Shown one piece after another: positions 30,295-40,372 of a stretch of 64,000 nt of DNA. The translations under genes were made by a program, and so were the position numbers. How positions within the stretch are numbered: the first letter of the stretch is position 1; the number at the start of each line of letters is the position of its first letter. The DNA is from an uncultured Chloroflexia bacterium. GTDB lineage: Bacteria > Chloroflexota > Anaerolineae > JAAYZQ01. The notes under the pieces are model-generated. The model was not told the origin of the DNA, did not search any database, and was given only the letters and a program-made list of their open reading frames with translations. The stretch covers positions 98,741-162,740 of the forward strand of contig CAVOXA010000007.1 of NCBI GenBank assembly GCA_963700285.1. Direction: 5' to 3'.

Positions 30295-31377
30295 ATGCCC
30301 GGCCGGGAACTGGCCCGCCTGTACTACGTCGAGGCCGTGGCCCCGATCCTGGAGACCTACCACCCCGGTCTCGAACATTCTGCCGGCTTGCTCGACTCCG
30401 GGTCGGAGGTGCTGGGCTTTGATGACCCAATGTCTGCCGACCATAACTGGGGGCCGCGTCTGGGCATCTTTCTTGGCGTAGAGGACTGTGCCCGGGTCGC
30501 GGACAAGCTGTGGGCAACCCTGGCCAATGAGCTGCCTTTCGACTTTTGCGGCTATCCTACCCACTTTGAAGAGGCGCCCGGCGACCCGGGCAGCCTGGTC
30601 CCTGTTGCAGCCGGCCGACACCCGATCAGACATCAGGTGCAGATCACTACGCTGCCGGCCTTCCTGCGGCGTACCATTGGCACCGAGTTGGAGCAGGAAC
30701 CGACGCTGTGGGACTGGCTGCTGATCCCCGAGCAGAAGCTGCGTACCCTGGCTGAGGGGGCGGTCTTTTGCGACGATCTGGACCTGTTGTTGCCGATGCA
30801 GCGCAAACTGGCCTACTATCCGCACGATGTGTGGCTGTACCTGCTATCGGCTCAGTGGCAGCGCATTGGCCAGGAGGAGCCCTTTGTGGGCAGGGCTGGC
30901 CTCGTGGGGGATGAGGCCGGTTCGGCCGTCATTGCCGCGCGACTGGTGCGCGATCTGATGCGCCTTGCTTTGTTGATGGAGAAGCAGTATGCCCCCTATC
31001 CCAAATGGTTCGGCACGGCCTTTGCCCGCCTGAGCTGCGCCGGGAGGCTGACGCCGGTTTTCGAACGCTCGCTCGCTGCCACAGACTGGGAGGAACGGGC
31101 GCAGGCCCTCAGCGCTGCCTGCGAAACCATGGCCGGCATGCACAACGATCTGGGCATCACCAAGCCTGTGCCTGCCAGCCTGTCGCGATTCCACTCCCGG
31201 CCCTTTATGGTCATCCAGGGCGACAGCATCGCCCGGTCGATCTGGGCAGCGATCGAGGACGAGGCGGTCAAGTCCCTGCCCTTTGGCGTGGGCAAGGTGG
31301 ATCAGTATCTGGATAGCACCGATATCCTCTCGCACATCTCGCGTAGCAGAGCACTGGACGCTGTCTATGAGGTCTAG
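30295..31377 (+). CDS. DUF4037 domain protein (nucleotidyltransferase-like)
   Basis: GSEVLGFDD.MSADHNWGPR, YYPHDVW, YAPYPKW. Confidence 0.8.
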   Translation: MPGRELARLYYVEAVAPILETYHPGLEHSAGLLDSGSEVLGFDDPMSADHNWGPRLGIFLGVEDCARVADKLWATLANELPFDFCGYPTHFEEAPGDPGSLVPVAAGRHPIRHQVQITTLPAFLRRTIGTELEQEPTLWDWLLIPEQKLRTLAEGAVFCDDLDLLLPMQRKLAYYPHDVWLYLLSAQWQRIGQEEPFVGRAGLVGDEAGSAVIAARLVRDLMRLALLMEKQYAPYPKWFGTAFARLSCAGRLTPVFERSLAATDWEERAQALSAACETMAGMHNDLGITKPVPASLSRFHSRPFMVIQGDSIARSIWAAIEDEAVKSLPFGVGKVDQYLDSTDILSHISRSRALDAVYEV

Positions 31378-31546
31378 GCCTTTGCCGAGACCAACCTCCC
31401 GAAGGTACACGCTACAGTGCGGATGCCTGCGGGAGGCTACTCAAGATGACGCATATATTATGGCGGGGGTTTCAGTTGGGACGGATCCTATGTCAGCTAG
31501 GGACGAATGGTGATTGCCCGCATCGTCCTTGTGTGCAACCAACGAC

Positions 31547-31640
31547 CCTGTCATGCCCGCATGGTTGTAGCGGGCATCCACTCTACGGCGGTGACGGTTG
31601 CTGGTGGCTTGGATTCCCGCTAAGAGCATGCGGGAATGCG
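31547..31640. repeat. palindromic intergenic repeat, copy 2 of 15514-15610
   Basis: CCTGTCATGCCCGCATGGTT...GGTGACGGTTGCTG...TGGATTCCCGC...GCGGGAATG shared with copy 1. Confidence 0.85.
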
Positions 31641-31695
31641 GGCCAGAAAGGCAGCATTTTCACCGAGATCGTACGGAAGGCTCCTCAACCGAGAC

Positions 31696-31724
31696 TTGAC
31701 AGGCGTGGCAAGAGATGGTACAAT
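31696..31724 (+). promoter_or_regulatory. sigma70 promoter of the catabolic operon
   Basis: TTGACA-17 bp-TACAAT with TG extension. Confidence 0.8.
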
Positions 31725-31741
31725 GGCCACCAAGTAAACAG

Positions 31742-31763
31742 GGTGTCCAAATATTGGGACACC
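31742..31763. promoter_or_regulatory. putative operator, candidate site for the IclR-family regulator
   Basis: GGTGTCCAAATATTGGGACACC, 10 of 11 palindromic pairs, just downstream of the -10 box. Confidence 0.7.
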
Positions 31764-31847
31764 TTCAGCAACACGTTCGCCGCGCACTGGCGGCGGGTGC
31801 GTGTATGACGGATTCCTGGCTCACCTCGACGTGGAGGGAAAGAGACT

Positions 31848-32627
31848 ATGGCCATTTCACCAATGCCCGAACAGACGCTGCAGGTTGACCGCCTTGAGGT
31901 CGAGATCTATGCTGACCGGGGCCAGTTGGGCGCGGCTGCTGCCCATGCTGTTGCGGGCCGTATGAAAGAAACCATCGCCACCAAAGGTTCTGTGGCGGTG
32001 GTTTTTGCGTCTGCGCCATCTCAGAACGAGTTTCTGGCCACGCTGGCCAACCTCGACGGCATCCGGTGGGATGAGGTCATTGCCTTTCACATGGACGAGT
32101 ACCTGGGCCTGGGGGCCGGCTCAGAACAAGGATTTGGCACCTTTCTCCAGGCGAATCTGTACGACGCGGTCAAGCCCGGTGCCGTCCACTTTTTGGACGG
32201 GCTGGCTGATGACCCGCAGGCAGAGTGCCAGCGCTACTCGCAGCTCCTGCAGGCCAACCCCGTCGACATTGTCTGTGCCGGCATCGGAGAGAACGGGCAT
32301 CTGGCCTTTAACGATCCGCCGGTCGCGGATTTCAACGATCCGGAACAGGTCAAGGTCGTCCTCCTGGACTATGCTTGCCGCATGCAGCAGGTCCACGATG
32401 GCTGCTTCCCCGATTTCGACAGCGTGCCGACCCACGCCCTTACGCTGACCATCCCGGCGCTGACACAAGCGCGGTGGATCTATGCCATGGTTCCTGGTCC
32501 TACAAAGGCCCAGGCTGTGAAGGACACGCTCACATCGCCGGTGAGCACCGACTGTCCGGCGACGATCTTGCGCCAGCATCCGCGGGCGTTTCTCTACGTA
32601 GACCAGGATTCTGCGTCGCTCCTGTAG
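31848..32627 (+). CDS. glucosamine-6-phosphate deaminase / 6-phosphogluconolactonase family protein
   Basis: FHMDEY, GIGENGHLAFNDP, CPATILRQH. Confidence 0.88.
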   Translation: MAISPMPEQTLQVDRLEVEIYADRGQLGAAAAHAVAGRMKETIATKGSVAVVFASAPSQNEFLATLANLDGIRWDEVIAFHMDEYLGLGAGSEQGFGTFLQANLYDAVKPGAVHFLDGLADDPQAECQRYSQLLQANPVDIVCAGIGENGHLAFNDPPVADFNDPEQVKVVLLDYACRMQQVHDGCFPDFDSVPTHALTLTIPALTQARWIYAMVPGPTKAQAVKDTLTSPVSTDCPATILRQHPRAFLYVDQDSASLL

Positions 32628-32688
32628 CGCAATCCATTCCGACTGACTGAAAAACCCTTGTCGCACTCGATGGGGAGGTAGGCACACG

Positions 32689-33723
32689 TTGAAAAAGGTC
32701 GTAACTTTTGGCGAGATCATGATGCGTCTCTCGCCGCCTGGCTTTCAGCGCTTCTCCCAGGCCCATTCCTTCGACGTTGTTTATGGCGGCGGCGAGGCCA
32801 ACGTGGCTGTCTCGCTGGCGAACTATGGTCTGCCCGTGGACTATGTGACGCGGCTGCCGGACAATGACCTGGGCCGGGCCTGCATCCAGTATCTGCGCCA
32901 GTATGGCGTCGGCACCGACAAGATCGTCTTCGGCGGCCATCGCTTGGGCATCTATTTTCTGGAGATGGGTGCGGTGCAGCGCGGCAGCAAGGTGGTCTAT
33001 GACCGCGCCGACTCGGCGATTGCCGCGGCGCGGCCCGGCATGATCGATTGGCGGTCGGTGTTTTCCGACGCGGACTGGTTCCACTGGACCGGGATCACGC
33101 CTGCCATCTCGGAGAGCCTGGCGGAACTATGCCTGGAGGGCGTGCGAACCGCCAAGGAGATGGGCTTGACGGTGTCCTGCGATCTCAACTACCGCTCCAA
33201 GCTCTGGCGGTGGGGCAAGACCGCGGCCGAGGTGATGCCCGAGCTGGTGAGGTACGTTGATGTGGCCGTCGGCAATGAGGAGGACGCGGAAAAGGCTTTT
33301 GGGATCCGTGCGGCGGATACGGACGTGACTGCGGGGGTTATTGAGGCGGGCGCGTATGGATTCGTCTGCAAAGAACTGACGGTACAGTTCCCCAACCTGA
33401 AGGTGGTGGCCATCACGCTGCGCGGCTCGCTTTCGGCCAGCCACAATACCTGGTCAGGTGTTCTGTGGGACTGCGAGCGGTTCTACACCGCCGCCCGCTA
33501 TGACATTACCCACATGGTAGATCGGGTCGGGGGTGGCGATGCCTTTGCCGGAGGGCTGATCTATGGCCTGAGGACCTTTGGCCAGGACCGACAGCTGGCC
33601 CTCGACTTTGCCGTTGCGGCCTCGGCGCTCAAGCATACGGTTTTTGGCGACTTTAACCTGGTCACTGTACCGGAAGTCGAAAAACTCATGGGCGGCGACC
33701 TGTCCGGACGGGTGTCACGCTAG
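32689..33723 (+). CDS. kdgK: 2-dehydro-3-deoxygluconokinase (PfkB family)
   Basis: VTFGEIMMRL, GGGEANVA, DLNYRSKLW, DRVGGGDAF. Confidence 0.9.
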   Translation: MKKVVTFGEIMMRLSPPGFQRFSQAHSFDVVYGGGEANVAVSLANYGLPVDYVTRLPDNDLGRACIQYLRQYGVGTDKIVFGGHRLGIYFLEMGAVQRGSKVVYDRADSAIAAARPGMIDWRSVFSDADWFHWTGITPAISESLAELCLEGVRTAKEMGLTVSCDLNYRSKLWRWGKTAAEVMPELVRYVDVAVGNEEDAEKAFGIRAADTDVTAGVIEAGAYGFVCKELTVQFPNLKVVAITLRGSLSASHNTWSGVLWDCERFYTAARYDITHMVDRVGGGDAFAGGLIYGLRTFGQDRQLALDFAVAASALKHTVFGDFNLVTVPEVEKLMGGDLSGRVSR

Positions 33724-33744
33724 TTCTACCAGGGAGGGATTCTG

Positions 33745-34428
33745 ATGGCTCGATTCTCCAGGCTTGAGGTACTCAACACGATGCTGGACATTGGCCTGGT
33801 GCCGGTTTTCTACCACCAGGACGTGGAGGTGGCCAAGCGCATTGTGGCCGCTTGCGCGGCTGGTGGCGCTCGAGTAGTCGAATTCACCAACCGCGGTGAC
33901 CTAGCCTACCAGGTGTTCTCGGATCTGGTCCGGCACTTTGCAAAAGAGGGCCCGGACATCATCCTGGGCGTGGGCTCGGTTCTGGATCCCGGCACGGCGG
34001 CGCTCTATATCTCCTCGGGCGCCAATTTCGTCGTGGGACCGGTCCTGAACGCCGACGTGGCCAAGGTCTGCAACCGGCGCAAAGTAGCCTACAGCCCCGG
34101 CTGCGGCAGTGCATCCGAGATCTCGGCCGCAGAAGAACTGGGCGTGGAGATCTGCAAGGTATTCCCTGGCGCCCAGGTCGGTGGGCCGGCCTTTGTCAAG
34201 GCGGTGTTGGGGCCCTGTCCCTGGACACGTATGATGCCCACGGGCGGCGTGGACGCCACGGAGGAGAGCATCACTGCCTGGTTCCAGGCTGGTGTCTCTT
34301 GTGTGGGCATTGGCTCGAAACTCATCGCCAAGGACCTGGTGGCCAGCGGGGACTATGCGGCCATTGCCACAAAGACGGCCGAGGTCATTGGCTGGATCAA
34401 GCGGGCGCGAGGCGACTCGGGCGCCTAG
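33745..34428 (+). CDS. eda: KHG/KDPG aldolase
   Basis: VEFTNR, GVGSV, KVFP, MPTGGV. Confidence 0.9.
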   Translation: MARFSRLEVLNTMLDIGLVPVFYHQDVEVAKRIVAACAAGGARVVEFTNRGDLAYQVFSDLVRHFAKEGPDIILGVGSVLDPGTAALYISSGANFVVGPVLNADVAKVCNRRKVAYSPGCGSASEISAAEELGVEICKVFPGAQVGGPAFVKAVLGPCPWTRMMPTGGVDATEESITAWFQAGVSCVGIGSKLIAKDLVASGDYAAIATKTAEVIGWIKRARGDSGA

Positions 34429-34467
34429 GCTTCAGATCATCCGCTATCAGATCGGAGCGTTGGGTAG

Positions 34468-35271
34468 GTGACTGAGCAAGCTCAGGGTTTGACCCTGACG
34501 GTCAAGAAAGCGATGGATATTCTGGACTGCCTGGGCAGGGCACGGACGCCCCTGGCTGCCAGCGAACTGGGCCGCCGGCTGGAGATGCCGCGCAGCACGG
34601 CCTATCGCTTGTTGACCACGCTGAGTTTGGGCGGCTATGTAACGCAGGATCTGGAGAACCCGGAAAAGTACCGGCTGGGCTTCAAGATCGTGGAACTCGC
34701 CAGCAGCTTGCTGGACTCTATCGAACTGCAGGCAGCAGGCGGCGCCCTTTCTGCGGGAACTCAGGGACCATGCCAACGAGGTGGTACACCTGGTGGCCCT
34801 GGAGCACGGCCGGGTGGCTTATATCGACAAGTTGGAATGCTCACAGGCGGTGCGCATGCACTCGTCCATCGGCCGCCAGGGTTTCGTACATTGCACCTCG
34901 GTGGGAAAGGCGATGCTCGCCTTCCTGCCCGAATCGGCCGTAGCGAGCATCATCGAGCAACACGGCCTGCCTGCTCTGACCGGCCAATACCATCACCGAC
35001 GGTGCCAGCTCTGCACCGGGAGTTGGACAAGGTCCGGCGGCAGGGCTATGCCATCGACGACCTGGAGAATGAAGAGGGTATCCGCTGCGTGGGCGCAGCG
35101 ATCCTGAACCACGAGGGCCAGCCGGTGGCTGCTCTCAGTGTCTCAGGTCCGGCCTTTCGTTTGACGCTGGAGCGGGCTGAGGAGCTGGGCCCGGCCGTGC
35201 GGATGACCGCCCAGGGTATTTCCCGGCAACTGGGTTACAGAGGACGCCGGGTGGAAACAGGAGATCTGTGA
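34468..35271 (+). CDS. IclR/KdgR family regulator, two compensating frameshifts (~34735, ~34985)
   Basis: HTH with PRSTAYRLL. HCTSVGKAMLA lies in the alternate frame (ORF 34781-35107). GYAIDDLENEEGIRCVGA. Confidence 0.88.
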   Translation: MTEQAQGLTLTVKKAMDILDCLGRARTPLAASELGRRLEMPRSTAYRLLTTLSLGGYVTQDLENPEKYRLGFKIVELASSLLDSIELQAAGGALSAGTQGPCQRGGTPGGPGARPGGLYRQVGMLTGGAHALVHRPPGFRTLHLGGKGDARLPARIGRSEHHRATRPACSDRPIPSPTVPALHRELDKVRRQGYAIDDLENEEGIRCVGAAILNHEGQPVAALSVSGPAFRLTLERAEELGPAVRMTAQGISRQLGYRGRRVETGDL

Positions 35272-36458
35272 TGATCGAGTTTGCTGGGGTCAAGTTCAAG
35301 AACCCCTTTGTGGTGGCTTCGAGCCCATTGACCTCCAATCTGGAGGTTCTCAGGGCCGCCGACAGGGCTGGCGCGGCGGCGGCGAGCACCAAGCTGACCT
35401 TTATCAAGCAACCCTTCTACGGGAAGCTGCGGATGTACAACGATCCCAAGGTCGGCAGCATTGTGTGCCACGATCGTCGCTTGGACATGGATGAGGCGCA
35501 GAGACTCATTGAAGAGGCCAAGAAGCAAACCTCGCTGGTACTCTTTTCCAACATCACGCATGACGCCAAAGACCTCGAAGGCTGGGCCACCCTGGCCAAG
35601 GCCATGGAGAATGCTGGCGCCGACCTCATTGAAGCCAACCTGATCTGTCCCAACATCACCCTGACGGCCAAGCAACTGGCTGCAAGCAGCGGTGGCGAAA
35701 AGGGGGAGGAGGGGGGCGCCATTGCTGGCCAGGATCCTGAGGCAGCGGGCAGCATCGCCAGGGCGCTCAAAGAAGCAGTGGGCATCCCCGTGGTGTGCAA
35801 ACTGACGCCCAACGTGACCGACATCACGGCTGTCGCGGCTGCCTGTGAAGCAGGTGGGGCGGACGCGGTCTGCCTGGCCGGAGCCCAGCTCTCGCTGCCG
35901 CCGGTGGACGTCTACCAGCCCGATCGCATCTATCCTCTGTTGCAGGGGGCAAGCATGGGCAGCCTTGGCGGCCCCGCTTCGCGGCTCATGGGCTATGCTG
36001 CTGTGGCCCAGACGGCCCGCCGCATCCAGGCCCCGCTCATCGGCGGCGGAGGGCTGCAGACCTGGGAGCATGGCATCCAGTTCATGATGTGGGGAGCAGA
36101 ATTGGTGACGGCTTGCACTGAGATCATGTGGCGCGGGTGGGACGTGGTAACCAAGATCGTTGAAGGGATGGAATCATTTCGACAGAAGCAGGGCTATGGC
36201 TCCTACGCCGAGATCGTCGGGCGGGCCCTGACCAACCTGCGGCCGGCAGCTGAACTGGAGACCATCATCGGCGCGCCACTGGTTGACCTGGATCGCTGCA
36301 GCGGTTGCGGTGGCTGTGTGAAGCCGGGGCACTGCTTTGCGGTGACGCTGGTCGATGGCAAGGCGGTCGTGGACCCGGCCAAGTGTTACGGCTGCGGCAT
36401 CTGTGTGGCCCTGTGTCCGACCCACGCCCTGTATTTTGAGTCCCAGAGGCTACCTTAG
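35271..36458 (+). CDS. dihydroorotate/dihydropyrimidine dehydrogenase (PreA-like) FMN domain with C-terminal ferredoxin
   Basis: FKNPFVVASSP, EANLICPN, KLTPN, CSGCGGC and CYGCGICVALCP. Confidence 0.85.
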   Translation: MIEFAGVKFKNPFVVASSPLTSNLEVLRAADRAGAAAASTKLTFIKQPFYGKLRMYNDPKVGSIVCHDRRLDMDEAQRLIEEAKKQTSLVLFSNITHDAKDLEGWATLAKAMENAGADLIEANLICPNITLTAKQLAASSGGEKGEEGGAIAGQDPEAAGSIARALKEAVGIPVVCKLTPNVTDITAVAAACEAGGADAVCLAGAQLSLPPVDVYQPDRIYPLLQGASMGSLGGPASRLMGYAAVAQTARRIQAPLIGGGGLQTWEHGIQFMMWGAELVTACTEIMWRGWDVVTKIVEGMESFRQKQGYGSYAEIVGRALTNLRPAAELETIIGAPLVDLDRCSGCGGCVKPGHCFAVTLVDGKAVVDPAKCYGCGICVALCPTHALYFESQRLP

Positions 36459-36467
36459 GGAGAGAGC

Positions 36468-37658
36468 ATGCCGGAAAAGGTTCGAGTTGGTTTAATTGGC
36501 GCAGGTTTTGTGGGCAACATCCACGCCCGTGCGCTGCGCCGCATCACGGATCTGGACGTCGAAATCGCCGCGGTTGCCGCTGTACCCCTGGGCCAGGCCG
36601 AGGAGCTGGCGCAGCGTTACGCGGTGGCAGACGCGTACGACGACCACCGCCGCATCCTGGAAAGAGATGACATAAATCTGGTCGTCCTGGCGGTGCCCAA
36701 CTACCTGCACGAGTCCTTTACCATCGAAGCAGCTCAGGCGGGGAAGCACATTGTCTGTGAGAAGCCGCTGACCGGCTACTTTGGCGGGCCGGGAGCTGCC
36801 GAACCGGTGGGAGCGACGCCCAAGGCCCTGATGCTGGAGGAGGCTCTCCACAGCGCCGATCGGATGATCGAGGCGGCCAAGAGCCACGGCGTAAAACTGA
36901 TGTACGCCGAGAACTGGCTGTACTGCCCGGCCGTCCAAAAGGCCCTGCGCCTGGCCGAAGCCAGCGGCGGTACCATCCTGGAGGTACGGGCCCAGGAGGC
37001 CCACAGCGGTTCCCACGCCAGCTATGCCAAAACCTGGAAGCTGGCCGGCGGCGGGGCCATGGTCCGGCTGGCGCCGCATCCCATCGGTACCGCCATCTAT
37101 CTCAAGGAGCAGGAGGGGTTGCGCCGTCACGGCCGGCCGATCACGGTCGCCTCTGTGACGGCGGAGGCCAGCGATCTGAGCAAGTTGCCCGCCCTGCAGG
37201 CTGAAGCCGAGCGGTGGCTCGTGGACGACTGGCAGGACGTAGAGAACTGGTGTACCCTGATCATGACTTTCAGCGACGGCTCCCGAGCTTTGATCCAGGC
37301 TTCGGACATTGTCCTGGGCGGTATGGAGGACACGCTGCAGGTCTTTTTGTCCAACGCCCGCATCGACTGCGACATGGGGCACAGCGGCATGGTCAAGGCC
37401 TTTGCCCCCAACGACCAGGTGTTCGCCGACGCGTACATCATGGAAAAGGTGGGTACGAAGGCAGGCTGGAGCTACCCCAGCATCGACGAGGAATGGCTGC
37501 TGGGCTACCCGCAAGAGGTACGCGATTTCGTAGAGGCTGTGGCCCATGACCGGGAGCCCCTGTCGGGCGCCCGGCTGGGCCGGGCGGTGACCGAAGTCAT
37601 GTACGCCGCCTATGTGTCGGCGGAAGAAGGACGCCGGGTGGATCTGGCCGGCGGCTGA
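36468..37658 (+). CDS. Gfo/Idh/MocA family oxidoreductase
   Basis: VGLIGAGFVG, KHIVCEKPL, HSGSH, GGGAM. Confidence 0.92.
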   Translation: MPEKVRVGLIGAGFVGNIHARALRRITDLDVEIAAVAAVPLGQAEELAQRYAVADAYDDHRRILERDDINLVVLAVPNYLHESFTIEAAQAGKHIVCEKPLTGYFGGPGAAEPVGATPKALMLEEALHSADRMIEAAKSHGVKLMYAENWLYCPAVQKALRLAEASGGTILEVRAQEAHSGSHASYAKTWKLAGGGAMVRLAPHPIGTAIYLKEQEGLRRHGRPITVASVTAEASDLSKLPALQAEAERWLVDDWQDVENWCTLIMTFSDGSRALIQASDIVLGGMEDTLQVFLSNARIDCDMGHSGMVKAFAPNDQVFADAYIMEKVGTKAGWSYPSIDEEWLLGYPQEVRDFVEAVAHDREPLSGARLGRAVTEVMYAAYVSAEEGRRVDLAGG

Positions 37659-37727
37659 GGCCACGGGCTGGCCACGGACCAGCCCGGAGCGAGCGCGAGA
37701 AAGAGGAAAGGTAAAGGGTGTAGGCGC

Positions 37728-38351
37728 ATGGACGGTACGAGCATTGGGCCTTGGGACCTGGAACTGGAGGTGATTGACGTCCTGGGCGAACCGGGCTGTG
37801 GCTGGAACTATGCCCCCGGCTTTAGAACGCTCTGGGATGGGCGCCATTTTCCGGAGGGCATGTGCCCCTTTGCCTGGAATGCCTTTGCACCGCTCATCTG
37901 GGCGCAGCGCTACGCCAAGAGCAACCGGTCCCTGGGCCGGGCCAGCGGGGACGAGTTGGTCGTCGTCTGTCCGGATTCCCGGCATCAGATCTTGTGGAAG
38001 ATCCGCCGTCTCGAGGATGGGCCCGGCGCGGGGCAGAGGACTATAGGGGCAGAGCCGTCCGTGTGGAAGCTCAGAATCGAGGTCGAAGAGCTGTCGCGGG
38101 GCCCAGGCTGCGACCGGGGCTATTCGCCCGGCCAGCGGTGGGACTATGATGGCAGCGTTCCGGAGGATTTCTGTCCCCTGGCCTGGCAGGCGTTGAGCCT
38201 CTGGGTCTGGCCGCTCAGATATGGCGCCAGCCCAGGGCCGATGGAATGGGAAGGCGACAGCGTCAAGTACAATTGCCCGAATGCGGACAACCCTGTGGTT
38301 TTCCACGTCTATCGCACGCAAGAGTCCGAGAGCGTGAGAGGAGGTGCATGA
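37728..38351 (+). CDS. tandem two-domain Cys-motif protein (TIGR04076-like)
   Basis: Two copies of GC...PG...PE.(M/F)CP.AW...P...RY...CP(D/N). Confidence 0.7.
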   Translation: MDGTSIGPWDLELEVIDVLGEPGCGWNYAPGFRTLWDGRHFPEGMCPFAWNAFAPLIWAQRYAKSNRSLGRASGDELVVVCPDSRHQILWKIRRLEDGPGAGQRTIGAEPSVWKLRIEVEELSRGPGCDRGYSPGQRWDYDGSVPEDFCPLAWQALSLWVWPLRYGASPGPMEWEGDSVKYNCPNADNPVVFHVYRTQESESVRGGA

Positions 38352-38512
38352 CATAAGGGATCGGAGAAGAGATGGCGGTCGTGCATCGCTGATCCTCGCT
38401 ACGCGAGGCCGGGTGGCTGTGTCAGTTGAGAAGGGAGGTGACGCGCGGCGCAATGTCTAGTGGTGTTTCTGAACTGTGTCTATTTCGTAGCCATTCAAGA
38501 AGGAGGAATAAA

Positions 38513-40318
38513 ATGAAGCGTCTTGCCGTCGTACTCAGTCTGTTGGTCGTGGTTGCCCTGTTGCTGGGCGCCTGCGGCGCCGCCCCGGAACCCGCGGTGG
38601 TCGAGGTCGAAAAGGTCGTCAAAGAGACGGTCGTGGTCGAAAAAGAGGTCGAGAAGGTCGTCACCGAGGTGGTCGAGGTCGAGAAAGAGGTCGAAAAGGT
38701 CGTCACCGAAGTCGTCGAAGTCGAAAAAGAGGTCGAGAAGGTTGTCACGGCGACACCGCTGCCGAGCGGCCCCAAGTCTGGTGGTCGGGTCGTGGTCGCT
38801 CACCGCCAGGAGCCAGACCGTTTCTGGCAGCCCATCAGTGGCCTGTCGGTGGCTCACGAAGTCGGCGGAGCGATGAACCATCCGCTCGTCGGGCTCGACG
38901 ACAACAGCGAATACTATCCGATCCTGCTGGAAGAGATACCCACGGTCGCGAACGGTGGCCTATCGGAGGATAGCCTGACCTGGACGCTGAAGCTGCGAGA
39001 CGACGTCACGTGGCACGACGGGGAGCCCTTTACGTCAGCGGATGTCAAGTTCACCTACGACATGATGGTGCTGGAAGGCACCGACGTGACCTCGCGGGTG
39101 GGTTGGGACAGCATCGAGTCTGTCGAGACGCCCGACGACCATACGGTTGTCATCACCTTTTCAGAGGTCGATGCTCCGTTCCTCTGGCGTCTCTCGCGAG
39201 CCTCCATCCTGCCCGAGCACATCCTGGGCGGGCTGACCGCGGAGGAGTTCAACGCCGCGGAATGGTTCAGGGCACCGGTAGGCACGGGCCCCTTCATGTT
39301 CAAGGAGTGGGTGGCTGGCGATCACATCACCCTGGTCAAGAACCCCAACTACTTTGTCGAGGGGCTGCCCTATCTGGATGAGGTTGTCTACCGCATCGTG
39401 CCCGATGCCAATACGCTGCTCAACATGACCGAGACGGGCGAGGTGGACGTCCAGTTCCGGGTACAGGACGACCTGGCAGAGCTGCTGGATAGCATGCCGG
39501 ACGTGGACCGGATCACGGTCCAGTCGGTCACTCCCTGGCTGCTGTGGGTCAACAACAACCACCCACTCTTCCAGGACGTGCGCACCCGCCAGGCGCTGGC
39601 CATGGGCTTTGACAAGGAGATCATTGCCCGGGGCATTTTCCGCAACATGAGCCAACCGGCAGACGGGGTGATCAGCCCTCAGCTCGAGGCCTACAACCCC
39701 GATATCGCCATCTTCCGCCACGATCCCGAGGCGGCTGCGGCCCTGCTGGACGAGGTTGGCTGGAAGGACGAGGATGGCGACGGTGTCCGAGAGGCGCATG
39801 GGGTTGAGGGTGTTGAAGACGGCACGCCCCTGAGCTTTGAGACGGCCAACATCGCCGGAGAGCAGATCCGGGTACAGCTTCTGTCACTCATACACGCCCA
39901 GTGGAAGCAGCTAGGCATTGATGCCGAGATAAATCTGGTGGACGTGGGGACGCTATTCGGCGACATGCTTCCCAACAACAACTTTGAGACCGGCTACTCC
40001 TACATTGGCCGCTATGCCGATCCGGACATCGGCGGCCTCTACCTGGACCGCGACACGTACAACAACAAGGCAAACTATGTTGGCTATAGCAATCCCAAGG
40101 TAGACGAGCTGATCCTGGCCAGCCAGCAGACGGCGGATCAGGAGAAGCGGGCCGAGTATCTGAAAGAGGCGCAGGCGATCATCGCCGAGGAAGTACCACA
40201 GATCTTTCTCGCCTGGCGAGCCAACACCACGGCAGTCAATGAGCGTCTGAAGGGCTACAAGCCGGCCCCGGCCACAGACGAGCTGTGGAACATCGCGGAA
40301 TGGTACGCTGAGGACTAG
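38513..40318 (+). CDS. peptide/nickel-type ABC transporter substrate-binding lipoprotein
   Basis: LGAC lipobox, LRDDVTWHDGEPFTSADV, PVGTGPF, AGGAGG RBS. Confidence 0.93.
   Translation: MKRLAVVLSLLVVVALLLGACGAAPEPAVVEVEKVVKETVVVEKEVEKVVTEVVEVEKEVEKVVTEVVEVEKEVEKVVTATPLPSGPKSGGRVVVAHRQEPDRFWQPISGLSVAHEVGGAMNHPLVGLDDNSEYYPILLEEIPTVANGGLSEDSLTWTLKLRDDVTWHDGEPFTSADVKFTYDMMVLEGTDVTSRVGWDSIESVETPDDHTVVITFSEVDAPFLWRLSRASILPEHILGGLTAEEFNAAEWFRAPVGTGPFMFKEWVAGDHITLVKNPNYFVEGLPYLDEVVYRIVPDANTLLNMTETGEVDVQFRVQDDLAELLDSMPDVDRITVQSVTPWLLWVNNNHPLFQDVRTRQALAMGFDKEIIARGIFRNMSQPADGVISPQLEAYNPDIAIFRHDPEAAAALLDEVGWKDEDGDGVREAHGVEGVEDGTPLSFETANIAGEQIRVQLLSLIHAQWKQLGIDAEINLVDVGTLFGDMLPNNNFETGYSYIGRYADPDIGGLYLDRDTYNNKANYVGYSNPKVDELILASQQTADQEKRAEYLKEAQAIIAEEVPQIFLAWRANTTAVNERLKGYKPAPATDELWNIAEWYAED
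38597..38750 (+). repeat. in-frame 42-bp repeats encoding a VEKEVEKVVTEVVE linker
   Basis: About three copies right after the lipobox. Confidence 0.8.
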
Positions 40319-40333
40319 TTCAATCACATATCG

Positions 40334-40372
40334 AGAGTACGCTGGCACAGGTGCAGCGTGCCAGCGTACTCT
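40334..40372 (+). terminator. 15-bp stem-loop after the SBP gene (mRNA stability or partial termination)
   Basis: AGAGTACGCTGGCAC-N9-GTGCCAGCGTACTCT. Confidence 0.7.

Noticed and set aside
34735-34990. Programmed frameshifting in the IclR gene
   Set aside because: Two compensating indels with no slippery heptamer, the same pattern as other probable sequencing errors.
36492-38453. 653-aa minus-strand ORF and similar long antisense ORFs (e.g. 26382-27470, 47887-49035, 52282-53388, 62750-63829)
   Set aside because: Shadow frames of well-supported genes, as expected in GC-rich DNA.
38597-38750. VEKEVEKVVTE repeats as a novel system
   Set aside because: Low-complexity linker after a lipobox, equivalent to the P/T/E/A linkers of other exported proteins in this window.
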